From Pseudomonadota bacterium (GTDB lineage Bacteria > Pseudomonadota > Gammaproteobacteria > Pseudomonadales > Pseudohongiellaceae), in assembly GCA_051747985.1 (NCBI GenBank), contig JBNJGU010000001.1, positions 1 through 51,456 of the forward strand: a stretch of 51,456 nucleotides of DNA. Direction: 5' to 3'. The position numbers were made by a program, and so were the translations under genes. A model generated the notes under the pieces. That model made no database searches. It was not told the DNA's origin and saw nothing but the letters and a program-made list of their open reading frames with translations. Shown here piece after piece: positions 30,509 to 39,456 of the stretch (position 1 is its first letter; each line of letters opens with the position of its first letter).

Positions 30509-31827
30509 TGGCCACCTCCCGTCGAGCCATCTATGCCATGAATGTGCCCGGCGCCGTCATCGGCGGTCAGGGCCCCGGGCCCGCCCTCCGCGACAAGTCG
30601 GTCCTCCGGGTCGTCGAGGTCGAAGCGCCGTGTGCCCTCTACCCAGGTCTCGAGTACGCGGGTGCGGGAAGACAGCGGGTCACCGGAAAGGATCACGAAA
30701 TCAGCGTCCTTGCCGGACTCGAGTGAGCCGACGCGGTCGTCCAGGTCGAGCATGCGTGCGCCTTCGATGGTCATGGCGCGCAAAGCCGCCTCGCGGCTCA
30801 TGCCGCCGCGCACGCTCATGGCGGCCATGCGCAGGAAGTAGCGTGAGTCCGTGATCCAGTCGTCGGTATGGAAGGCGACGGTGGCACCGGCCTCCTCGAG
30901 GACGCCGCCGGAATCCAGGGACACATCAATGGCCTCAAGCTTGCCGCCGGGGCTGTCCAGGGCAATGAGGGAGACCGGCACATCCGCGGCGGCAATCTCG
31001 TCGGCGACTTTCCAGGCCTCGCTGACGTGGTGCAGCACGAGGCGGTAGCCGAACTCCTCCTGCAGACGCAGTGCCGTGATCACGTCATCGTGGCGGTGCG
31101 TGTGCTGGTGAGCGATGCGTCGGCCTTCCAGCACCTCGACGAGCGCGTCCTTGCCGAGATCACGTGGGGGGCGTTCCTCCAATTCGTCGCGGCCTCGCCT
31201 GTCCCGGTAGTCCTGCGCGTCGAGGTAGGCCTGGCGCAGCAGGGCGGCGGATTTGGCACGGGTGCCGGGGAAGGGGGCATCGCCCATGGGGTTGGTGCCG
31301 TTCGCCATCTTCAGGCCACCGGCGATCGCGCCGTCCTCGAAGCGGTAGGCGAGCTCCTCGATGCGGTTGCCGTCGCGCAGTTTGAGGTAGAGCGTCTGGC
31401 CGCTGATCAGATGGCCCGAGCCGGACATCACGTGGACGCTGGTGATGCCGCCGGCGAGCGCACGCGTCAGACCGGAGGAGCGCAGGTTCACGGAATCGAG
31501 CGCGCGGTTTTCGGGCTGGATCGGTCCCGAGCGGTCGGCTCCGGACACTTCGCCGATGTGGCTGTGGGTGTCGACGATGCCGGGCATGATGACGCTGTCC
31601 GCGTCGAGCTCGACGAGTTCGGCTCCCTGTGGAATGCGCACGTCACCGCGCGAACCCACCGCGGCAATGCGGCTGTCCTCGATCACGAGCACGCCATCTT
31701 CGATCGGATCGGTGGCGATGGGAAGAATACGGGCGCCGACGAAGGCGCGGGTCTCGGCAAGCGTCGAGGACGCAAGCGCGAGACCCAGCAGCGCTGTCAC
31801 GACGAACCGGAGGGGCATGAGTCGCAT
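30505..31827 (-). CDS. Secreted amidohydrolase-superfamily metallohydrolase (intact ligands)
   Basis: Start at ATG 31827 (MRLMPLRFVVTALLGLALASSTLA). VDTHSHIG (HxH), HQHTHRHDD, LVLHHVSE and VAFHTDDW motifs are present. Confidence 0.85.
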   Translation of the reverse strand: MRLMPLRFVVTALLGLALASSTLAETRAFVGARILPIATDPIEDGVLVIEDSRIAAVGSRGDVRIPQGAELVELDADSVIMPGIVDTHSHIGEVSGADRSGPIQPENRALDSVNLRSSGLTRALAGGITSVHVMSGSGHLISGQTLYLKLRDGNRIEELAYRFEDGAIAGGLKMANGTNPMGDAPFPGTRAKSAALLRQAYLDAQDYRDRRGRDELEERPPRDLGKDALVEVLEGRRIAHQHTHRHDDVITALRLQEEFGYRLVLHHVSEAWKVADEIAAADVPVSLIALDSPGGKLEAIDVSLDSGGVLEEAGATVAFHTDDWITDSRYFLRMAAMSVRGGMSREAALRAMTIEGARMLDLDDRVGSLESGKDADFVILSGDPLSSRTRVLETWVEGTRRFDLDDPEDRLVAEGGPGALTADDGAGHIHGIDGSTGGGQ

Positions 31828-31977
31828 GAGGCATCTCCTGGGTTTGTGAACACTCCAGAAGGTATCTCCCATGTCGGGAATTGTCCAGTTTCTGGAAGCG
31901 ACACGGCAAGCGGGAGTGAGCTTGTCGGTGCCGGCGGGCGCGAGCCGTTCGCTGCGCTCAGTGATTTCCGGTGCGGG

Positions 31978-33324
31978 CTACGAAGGCGGCTCCAGCAGCC
32001 GTCGCTGCTCCAGTTCCCGGTCCAGCAGTGAGCGACCGGCAAAGGAACGCGAAATCTGTGTGGTGGTCACCACGCTGATCATGGACAGCACCGCCCATTC
32101 GTAGCTGCCGGTGAGCTCGAAGACAATCACCACGGAAGCCAGCGGTGCGCCGATGACGGCCGCGATGCAGCTGGCTGCGCCCAATACCGCATAGGAGGTG
32201 ATCTCCCCGGTGTCCGGGATCATCAGGATATCGAACAGGCCACCGGTCAGCGCGCCGATGAAAAGGGCCGGCGCGAAGACCCCGCCAAAAAAGCCGAAAC
32301 CCAGGCAGAGACTGGTCACCAGGATCTTTCCGATCAGCAGTGCCATGATCAGCCCGATGCTGAACGTGCCAGCCATGGCCAGGTCCACGGTGTTGATGCC
32401 CGAGCCGAGCAGGTGTGGCAGAAAAGGAGACAGGCCGAACAGTATGGCGGCCGGTACCAGGGGGCGTAGCGCCAGCGGCAGGACATTGGCCGCATTGCGC
32501 AGCGGGGCGGCAGTGACACTGATGATGTACAGGGCCACGACCAGGCCACTGGCGATGCCGACGCCGATGGCCGCCACCAGTGTCTGGACATTCAGCACGG
32601 TATTGCCGCCAATGCTGAACAGTTGATGCGGTCCCATCAGCTGCTCCGACACCCAGTAGGCGCCAAAAGCGCTGGTGAGGACCGGCCCGCTGCCCGACAC
32701 CCCGAATTTTCTGAGAATGGCCTCATGGGCGAACAGGGCCGCGCCGATCGGTGCCTCGAATACGGCCGCCAGTGCCGCCGAGGCACCCGCTCCCATGGCG
32801 ATGTCATCCGGAAGCGTGGCTCTGACGCGCTGCAGCAATGCGCCCATGCAGCCGCCAAAGTGTACGAAAGGTCCGAAAATCCCGGCGGACGCGCCCCCGG
32901 CGGTGTTGAGCAGACCCTGCAGGGACGAGAGGATGCCATCACGCAGGCGCGGACTGCGTCCGGTCTGCACCGCATGGACCAGGTCGGCCGGCCCCCGGGG
33001 CATGGCCCGGTGCAGAACCCGCAACACCTGACCTGACAGCAGGGCCGCGCCCAACAGGATGAGGCCGACACTGAGCCGGTAATCCGCTGCCAGGGAAATG
33101 CCGTCGGTGGGCAGGGTTTGCCGCCATATGGCCGCGATGCGGCTGTGGGTGGAGAATACCGCGACGGCCGCCGCGCCGATCAGCATGCCCATCCCCAGGG
33201 CGATGAGCAGATTCAGTACGCGATGCCAGAGGATGCGCGGTCCGGTCTGGTTCTCCGATTCCGGCGTCTCCCTGTTGTTTTTGTGTAGTGTGTTCAACGG
33301 ATCTTCCCGCGGTCGCCCGGGCAT
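31978..33324 (-). CDS. ClC-family voltage-gated chloride channel / H+-Cl- antiporter, no CBS tail
   Basis: 448 aa, polytopic, with ClC selectivity blocks (GSGINT-like, GIFGPF, GGVFAPALFIGA). Confidence 0.9.
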   Translation of the reverse strand: MPGRPREDPLNTLHKNNRETPESENQTGPRILWHRVLNLLIALGMGMLIGAAAVAVFSTHSRIAAIWRQTLPTDGISLAADYRLSVGLILLGAALLSGQVLRVLHRAMPRGPADLVHAVQTGRSPRLRDGILSSLQGLLNTAGGASAGIFGPFVHFGGCMGALLQRVRATLPDDIAMGAGASAALAAVFEAPIGAALFAHEAILRKFGVSGSGPVLTSAFGAYWVSEQLMGPHQLFSIGGNTVLNVQTLVAAIGVGIASGLVVALYIISVTAAPLRNAANVLPLALRPLVPAAILFGLSPFLPHLLGSGINTVDLAMAGTFSIGLIMALLIGKILVTSLCLGFGFFGGVFAPALFIGALTGGLFDILMIPDTGEITSYAVLGAASCIAAVIGAPLASVVIVFELTGSYEWAVLSMISVVTTTQISRSFAGRSLLDRELEQRRLLEPPS

Positions 33325-33638
33325 CAGTGTGCGTTTGTGTGGGGCCTCTCATGGTTGATGTGCTTTGATACTACAGGGGCACCCGGAAGTCCGGCAACTG
33401 GAATGCCAGTGGGCCATGCGGCAATTGTGTACGAGGCGATCCAGTTTACCTGTCATTGGCTTCGGGCTATGATGCAGTCAGTGGGTTCGTGGTAAATAAA
33501 GACCCGGCCCTGTGGAGAAACGCCTGGCTGGAGCCGTCGGTAGTCGGTGTGCCGGAACATCGCAGTTCATTTTCTGTTCATCCTGCATGTAATAGGGTGA
33601 TTGAGGACTCCGAAAAGTAACAACAAGAGGGAACGACC

Positions 33639-34463
33639 ATGAATCATTATCGAATTTCGGCATTGACACTGGCAATGGCCATGGCAACTGGCGCAGGCAT
33701 GGCGTCAGCGCAAGGGGGGCGCGCGGCACCTACTTCCAGCGGTGAAGTACTATCCACCTATTCCTGCCCCACACATGGGTATACGCTCCGGGTAATACGG
33801 CCGGGAAACTATAACGAAAACTCCAACGCGCGACAGATTCAAGTGGATTACAACCACAAATCGTTCCACGCCACATGGAATGAAGTCAGCAATCTCATAG
33901 AGAATTACCCGCCGGACGAACTGGAATACTATGACTTACCGAGCAATCCGGGCTCGGACGGCAGGCGATTCTGTGCCCGCACGGGCCACCTGATCCCGAC
34001 GCATGAGACAGTCTACTCGGTCAGGCTGGCACATTATGACGACTACAACGGCAACAGCTCGGTATTTTTCGACAGCAATGCTGAAGTGGCGACGTTGACC
34101 TGGCTGGCGGGTCAGTACAACAGTACCCGGGACCAGGGAGACGCATTACCGCTGACCTGTCCCATACCCTGTTTCAGTGGCAGCAGCGGTATCAGTGGTG
34201 ATGGCAGCGGCGGCAGCTGGACCACCGGGGGCGGCGGTACGTACACGACCGCGGACGGTGAAGTGCATGATCTGAGTGACCTGAATCCTCCGGGCACTGA
34301 TAATTCCGGTGGCACTCCGGTCCGACCTTCGGTGGAACGCGTTGAAAGAGCCATTTCGCGCCCCGCCCCGGCCCCCCGTCCCGTGGATGGTGGTGCGGTG
34401 AGTGGTGAGGCGGAGCGCGTGCGCGACTCGATCAACGTTGAGAGGCGCCGGGTGGCACCATAA
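33639..34463 (+). CDS. Secreted protein of unknown function with a Gly/Ser/Thr-rich central linker
   Basis: Signal peptide (ALTLAMAMATGAGMASAQG), RBS-like AGAGGGA upstream, and a GSSGISGDGSGGSWTTGGGGTYTT linker. I recognise no family. The 5' half is AT-richer than the genome background, and a 314-nt non-coding stretch precedes it. Confidence 0.5.
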   Translation: MNHYRISALTLAMAMATGAGMASAQGGRAAPTSSGEVLSTYSCPTHGYTLRVIRPGNYNENSNARQIQVDYNHKSFHATWNEVSNLIENYPPDELEYYDLPSNPGSDGRRFCARTGHLIPTHETVYSVRLAHYDDYNGNSSVFFDSNAEVATLTWLAGQYNSTRDQGDALPLTCPIPCFSGSSGISGDGSGGSWTTGGGGTYTTADGEVHDLSDLNPPGTDNSGGTPVRPSVERVERAISRPAPAPRPVDGGAVSGEAERVRDSINVERRRVAP

Positions 34464-34487
34464 TGATTGCCAGGAGTTCCGCCGTGA

Positions 34488-35531
34488 TCAGCGGCGGGAC
34501 TCCTGCACCCGCGCTCCCAGCAGGATGCTCGGCAACGAGCGGTTACCCTCATGACAGGCGAATTCGAAGATCCGGTCTTCCGGGCTGTTGCGTATCAGCA
34601 TGCGTTCGCCCACCACGGGAGCCGTGAAGGCCACGGGATCCGTGGCGGTGAATACGTAATGGATGGCATTGTCATCGACGAGCGTGAAACGCTCCACCAC
34701 CTCGAACTGTTCCGAAATACCGACACCCCGGGTAAAGGTCTGTTCCGGGCGGAAATCGCGAGTATGCACGACCAGGGTGTCACCTTCCCAGTAGCCGACG
34801 GAGTCCCCCATCCATTCGGGGATGCCGTTGTTGCGGTGCTCATCATCAAGACGGATTATGCGCGCGTCATGCGCCATCTCGGTCATGATCATGACATGAT
34901 CGTGATTCTGGACGATCTGCATGTTGGCGTTCATCATGATCGGTGTCATTGACGGTATCGCGGAACCAAATGCCAGGCAGCGACCACTCAGTGGCTGACC
35001 TTCCGGGCCGTCGGTAGTGCCGAGGCCGGCGGCCCGTTGCCGGGCATTGTGGTCCTGGAAATTCGCCCGCACCGGTACCCGTCCATCCGGCGGGTCGATG
35101 ATGATCGACGTCCTGTATTCACCGCCCACTTTCGGCAGTTTCGCGTCCTGCCAGTGCGCCAGAAACTCGTCGTCGGCTTCCATTCCGATGCGTGCTCCCC
35201 GCTCTGGTGGACCCCGGTCTGGATCACGGGGGGCATCCAGCATCCGGTTGCGCTCCAGCATCCGGTTCTCGACGGCCGCCACCTCGTCCGTTGTATAGGT
35301 TTTCTTCAGTCCCAGGTTGGCCGGTCGCTGCAGTGGCGTGCGTGAACCGAAAAACCAGGTGCCCTGCAGGTCGGGCTGACCGTATCCGGTTCTGGGCATG
35401 ACCCAGTCCGCCGACGGTATCTGTGCGACGGGCGTTGATGGCCCGCTTTCCAGTTGTGCGTGGCTCATCAAGGGAACCAGGGTGCTCAACAAGGACAGCC
35501 ACAACGTGTTCTTCGGCATCGATCTTTTCAT
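34488..35531 (-). CDS. Secreted conserved hypothetical protein
   Basis: Start at ATG 35531 (MKRSMPKNTLWLSLLSTLVPLMSHAQ). Codon usage is coding-like throughout. The PDLQGTW... N-terminal block recalls uncharacterised periplasmic proteins of proteobacteria. Function unknown. Confidence 0.55.
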   Translation of the reverse strand: MKRSMPKNTLWLSLLSTLVPLMSHAQLESGPSTPVAQIPSADWVMPRTGYGQPDLQGTWFFGSRTPLQRPANLGLKKTYTTDEVAAVENRMLERNRMLDAPRDPDRGPPERGARIGMEADDEFLAHWQDAKLPKVGGEYRTSIIIDPPDGRVPVRANFQDHNARQRAAGLGTTDGPEGQPLSGRCLAFGSAIPSMTPIMMNANMQIVQNHDHVMIMTEMAHDARIIRLDDEHRNNGIPEWMGDSVGYWEGDTLVVHTRDFRPEQTFTRGVGISEQFEVVERFTLVDDNAIHYVFTATDPVAFTAPVVGERMLIRNSPEDRIFEFACHEGNRSLPSILLGARVQESRR

Positions 35532-35642
35532 GGTCTGCAAGCCTGTCTCTGAAAGGATGATATTGACAGTATAGATGGCCCGGCTGAATTACGGATGGGG
35601 CGGATTGTCGCAGCAGTGTGTCGGTGCGGGTCGGAGGTCGGG

Positions 35643-36674
35643 TCAGCCGCGGGCATGTTTCTCGATGGCTGACACCACGAAACCGGATAGGTCCCGCTTG
35701 TCCGAAAGATACTGGTCCAGTCGCTTTCGGTGCGCCTCGCGTCCCATGTACAGCTCGAAGCCGTAGATGACAGCGTCGACGGCACCCGGTTGACTGGCAT
35801 CGACCCAGTGCAGCAGACCCGCGTTCTGCAACTCTGTCACATAGCCCAGTCGGTCCAGGCCAGCACAGACACCCGGCACGCCCAGTATGGCCGACTCGGC
35901 GGCCATGGTCGGGCTGTCTCCGATGACGAGGTCGCAATGCGCCATCAGGTGGTGCATGTCCGCGAGCCGCCCCTGATACTGCATGGGGCGAAGGTCCTCC
36001 GGCAACTCACGCTCACTGCTGATGATGACATGTCCCCTCCGGGACAGGCGATTTACAAGCCGGTGGAGTTGTTCATCCGACAGGCCGGATTTGCCCACAT
36101 CATGATTGGCATTCCACGATACCACCCGGACAAGAAAGTTCTCGTGCGCAGGATCCAGTCCGGCAGCAAGCGCCGTTTCACGTGATGGCTTGAACGTATC
36201 CGGATGCAGGTAGGACAGGTGTTTTGTTCCGGGAAACCGCATTGTCTTGCCGGCCGGTACAGGGGCGTTGTAACTCTCCGGGACGTAGAGGTGATTGATG
36301 AATGGCCAGGTCAGCCGGATCTGCAGTGTGGCTGTTTCATGATCGTAGAAGCTGACGCTGGGGACACCCAGCAGGCGACCGACATGTGAGATGGCCACGC
36401 CCCCGTACCCCACCATCACATCCGGTCGAAAGCGACGACACTCGTGGAATACCCGCATGTCGCGCAGCAACAGTTCCGTGGCCAGTGGCCCCAGACCGGC
36501 CCCGGCACGGGAGACCGGGCGGTGGGGCAGCCCGAACTCATTGAGCAGTTCACAGACGATGTCCTTGTGGCGCGACAGGATCAGCACCTCTGCTCCCCGC
36601 TGCTGCAGTATGCGGATGGGGTTCAGAAAGAACTGGGCATGGGCCGGGTGTACGATATCGAAGAGTACGCGCAT
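35643..36674 (-). CDS. DUF354 family protein (GT-B / UDP-GlcNAc-2-epimerase-like fold)
   Basis: N-terminus MRVLFDIVHPAHAQFFLNPIRILQQRGAEVLILSRHKDIVCELLNEFG matches the characteristic DUF354 opening. Its ATG overlaps the stop of the upstream GT-C gene by 1 nt (TGATG). Confidence 0.7.
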   Translation of the reverse strand: MRVLFDIVHPAHAQFFLNPIRILQQRGAEVLILSRHKDIVCELLNEFGLPHRPVSRAGAGLGPLATELLLRDMRVFHECRRFRPDVMVGYGGVAISHVGRLLGVPSVSFYDHETATLQIRLTWPFINHLYVPESYNAPVPAGKTMRFPGTKHLSYLHPDTFKPSRETALAAGLDPAHENFLVRVVSWNANHDVGKSGLSDEQLHRLVNRLSRRGHVIISSERELPEDLRPMQYQGRLADMHHLMAHCDLVIGDSPTMAAESAILGVPGVCAGLDRLGYVTELQNAGLLHWVDASQPGAVDAVIYGFELYMGREAHRKRLDQYLSDKRDLSGFVVSAIEKHARG

Positions 36675-38323
36675 CAGAATCCGTGATAGAGGGGTTGTTC
36701 CGGGGGCGGGTGATCAGGCGCGACACCGGCCGCGTTCCATATCAAGCGGGTTGTCGTCCCCGGCTCTCCAACAAACCGGTTCCCGCCCCGCTGCAACATG
36801 ATCGTCTCGCCACTTTCATGGAGAATGCCGTTGATCTGCACCGGGTTATCTGTCTCAATCCGGTAATCTCCCGCGATCCGCACCGGATGGCGTTGCCCGT
36901 CGGACGGTGAGGATGGTGGGAAAGTGATCTGGAAACCGGCGATGTGAATGGCTCCCCAGTATGGAACATAGGCCTGGCGCAGCACCTCGACGTCCTCGTC
37001 CAGTAACCATTGTTGTTGGTTATCTGTGAATACCGCCTGGAGGGCCGGCCCGTTGGCCAGCAGCAGTGGTGGTCTCTGTGATGCCAACAGGTCATCCATT
37101 ACCGGTTCGCCCCGATCCAGGTATTGACTCAGTCCCCAGCCGGTCATGAAAAAACCCTGCTTGGGAAAGGAGCTGACCATACTGTTGCGGTCAATATAAG
37201 CAACCGGTTCGTTGAAAATGTCATGCACGGCAGCCAGGGTCTGCCGCTGTGTGACCTGGCCCTTGGGAAGTCCGCGGGTGGTCTGCATCACGGCGCTGGT
37301 CAGCATCAGCACGCAGATCACAAGGAAAACCGGTCGTGACCAGCGGTACAGGGTATGGGCCCCGATGGCCAGAGTGATCATCGCTGGTGCGGTGATGAAC
37401 GGATAGAAATAGGCAAAGGAATTGCGATAAAAAAGTACCGAGAGCAGGGGAGCGGCGAAAAGCAGTGCAACGGTTCCCCTCGTACTGCCCACAATCAGCA
37501 ACACCACAGCGCTGAAGCTCAGCACCAGCCAGATCAGGAACGTGATCGCCTGCGGCAGCAGGCCGGCCTCGAGTAACATGGAGCGTCCCGCGCGCCCGGC
37601 GAAAGCGGTATTACCGGATGCCGCGTCGGCAGGATCAATTCCCAGAGAAAATCCATGCAGCAGATACAGCGCTACGAAACAGACCGCAGCGGAGAGTGTG
37701 CCGCTCAGCACGTGTACCACCAGTCGGGGCTGCCCGTGCTGGCGCGTGTGCCACAGAAGCACCCCGAGAAAGGCTGGAAGATACAACACGGCCTTGATCG
37801 TGACCAATCCGGCCAGACCCACCAGACCGCCAGCGATCGCCGCCCGTTTTGTTGTCATCGAAGGAGTCAGGGTCAGTGCGATCGCCCCCATCAGTAATGA
37901 GGTGGCGAGTGGGTCAGTGCGGAAACTGAATCCCTGTGTGAGTGTAAAACCGGTCGCCAACCATGCCAGCGCCGCGAACAACGCGACGGGCGTGGGGACA
38001 AAGCGACGGGAAGCCACCACCAGGCTCACCAGGGTCAGCAACTGGGCCACAAACATGCCCCAGCGTCCGGCGATCACCTGTTGTATTTCATTACCGGGAA
38101 TCCGGGTCACCCAACCAAACAGGTGAACATGAATTGTCCTCAGCGGGCTGTCCAGTGTCCCCCTCTGCGCGTCATGGATCAGGGACAGGAAATAGAATTC
38201 ATCCCAGTTGATGTTGTGGTGCAGAATAAAGACGATTTGCAACCCCAGCAGCAAAATGAATCCGACGGACAGGGCTGCCAGGTCCGGCCGTCGCAGGCCG
38301 TCAACTCGCCATGCCCCGTTCAT
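36674..38323 (-). CDS. Polytopic GT-C-fold glycosyltransferase candidate (ArnT/PMT/GT39-83-like) with a periplasmic C-terminal domain
   Basis: 549 aa. About 11 hydrophobic helices, a WDEFYF acidic motif right after TM1, and a soluble C-terminal region of about 170 aa. Its ATG overlaps the GT2 stop (4-nt overlap). Confidence 0.55.
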   Translation of the reverse strand: MNGAWRVDGLRRPDLAALSVGFILLLGLQIVFILHHNINWDEFYFLSLIHDAQRGTLDSPLRTIHVHLFGWVTRIPGNEIQQVIAGRWGMFVAQLLTLVSLVVASRRFVPTPVALFAALAWLATGFTLTQGFSFRTDPLATSLLMGAIALTLTPSMTTKRAAIAGGLVGLAGLVTIKAVLYLPAFLGVLLWHTRQHGQPRLVVHVLSGTLSAAVCFVALYLLHGFSLGIDPADAASGNTAFAGRAGRSMLLEAGLLPQAITFLIWLVLSFSAVVLLIVGSTRGTVALLFAAPLLSVLFYRNSFAYFYPFITAPAMITLAIGAHTLYRWSRPVFLVICVLMLTSAVMQTTRGLPKGQVTQRQTLAAVHDIFNEPVAYIDRNSMVSSFPKQGFFMTGWGLSQYLDRGEPVMDDLLASQRPPLLLANGPALQAVFTDNQQQWLLDEDVEVLRQAYVPYWGAIHIAGFQITFPPSSPSDGQRHPVRIAGDYRIETDNPVQINGILHESGETIMLQRGGNRFVGEPGTTTRLIWNAAGVAPDHPPPEQPLYHGF

Positions 38324-39282
38324 GCGCTATGCTTCCGGTCCCGGCTGATGCGCTGCTGTCGCAATTGCCGTGCGCGGATGTCCTGCAGTATGTCGCGATT
38401 GGCGGAGACCAGGTCGGCCAGCAGGCCGGAAGCGAACAGAATCACCGCGATGGCCAGCAGGGCGCCGGACAGGACCAGTGACTGCACATGGCCGCTTCCC
38501 TCACCCTGAGAGTAGAACCACAGGAAACGGGCGATGCCCAATACGCCAGGGGTTCCGATCACCAAGGACACCCAACTGAAAAACGCCAGCGGGCGATAGA
38601 TCACGAACATGCGCAGTATGGTGCCGGCTGAACGGAATACATACTGGCGCATGGAGCGGAACAGCCGGGACGGACGTGTCACCGGGTTCACCCGGACGGG
38701 CACCGAGGCCATGGGGATATTGCGCCGCCCGGCCTGGATGATGGTTTCCAGTGTGTAGCTGTAGGAGTTGATGACATAGAGCCGCGCCGCCGCGTCGCGG
38801 TGATAGGCACGGAAGCCACTGGGAGCATCCGGTATCCGGGTGCCGGATGCCTTTCGTACCACCCAGCTACCCAGGCGTTGCAGTAGCTTCTTGGTGAAAG
38901 AGAAGCTTTCGATCTCCGAGATTGGCCTTTCGCCCACCACGATCATGGCGTCTCCGGCAAGAATCGGTGCCACCAGTGCCGGGATGTCGGCGCCATTGTA
39001 CTGATTGTCGGCGTCCGTATTCACCACGACGTCGGCGCCCAGGGCAAGGGCCTTTTCCAACCCGGCCATGAATGCACGTGCCAGCCCCATGTTGCAACCC
39101 AGTACCAGCACATGGTCCGCTCCGGCCGCTTTGGCCGTGCGTACCGTGTCGTCACTGGAGCCATCATCGATCACCAGCACTTCCACGGTATCAAAGCCGG
39201 GCACCTGGCGCGGGATGGCGGCCAGCGTCTCCGGCAGCGTCTCGGCTTCGTTGAGGCAGGGAATCTGGATGATCAGCTTCAT
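38320..39282 (-). CDS. GT2 polyprenol-phosphate glycosyltransferase (GtrB/ArnC/Dpm1-like)
   Basis: IQIPCLNEAETL, VLVIDDGSSDDT and NTDADNQY (DxD) form the GT2 catalytic domain. Two C-terminal TM helices follow, as is typical of GtrB/ArnC-type enzymes. Confidence 0.85.
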   Translation of the reverse strand: MKLIIQIPCLNEAETLPETLAAIPRQVPGFDTVEVLVIDDGSSDDTVRTAKAAGADHVLVLGCNMGLARAFMAGLEKALALGADVVVNTDADNQYNGADIPALVAPILAGDAMIVVGERPISEIESFSFTKKLLQRLGSWVVRKASGTRIPDAPSGFRAYHRDAAARLYVINSYSYTLETIIQAGRRNIPMASVPVRVNPVTRPSRLFRSMRQYVFRSAGTILRMFVIYRPLAFFSWVSLVIGTPGVLGIARFLWFYSQGEGSGHVQSLVLSGALLAIAVILFASGLLADLVSANRDILQDIRARQLRQQRISRDRKHSA

Positions 39283-39456
39283 GGATGACTCGGATGCGTT
39301 TCCGGGCGCCGTGGGCCATACGCGGCGTGCCAGCCGCCAAAGATACCAGATTTACGCAATTATGAAAGTCGGCCGGCGACACAGGCCTGCATACCTTATC
39401 CCGCTTTTCAGTCTTCGAGACTGGCGAAACAGGGAATTCGGTTCTATAACCTGAGT

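Noticed and set aside
33478-33729. An 83-aa minus-strand ORF in the long leader of the orphan secreted gene. Also ORFs 40133..40522 and 40143..40586 around the lipoprotein gene start.
   Set aside because: They overlap the starts of better-supported genes on the other strand or frame, have no RBS, and give Pro/Arg-rich translations. They are most likely spurious.
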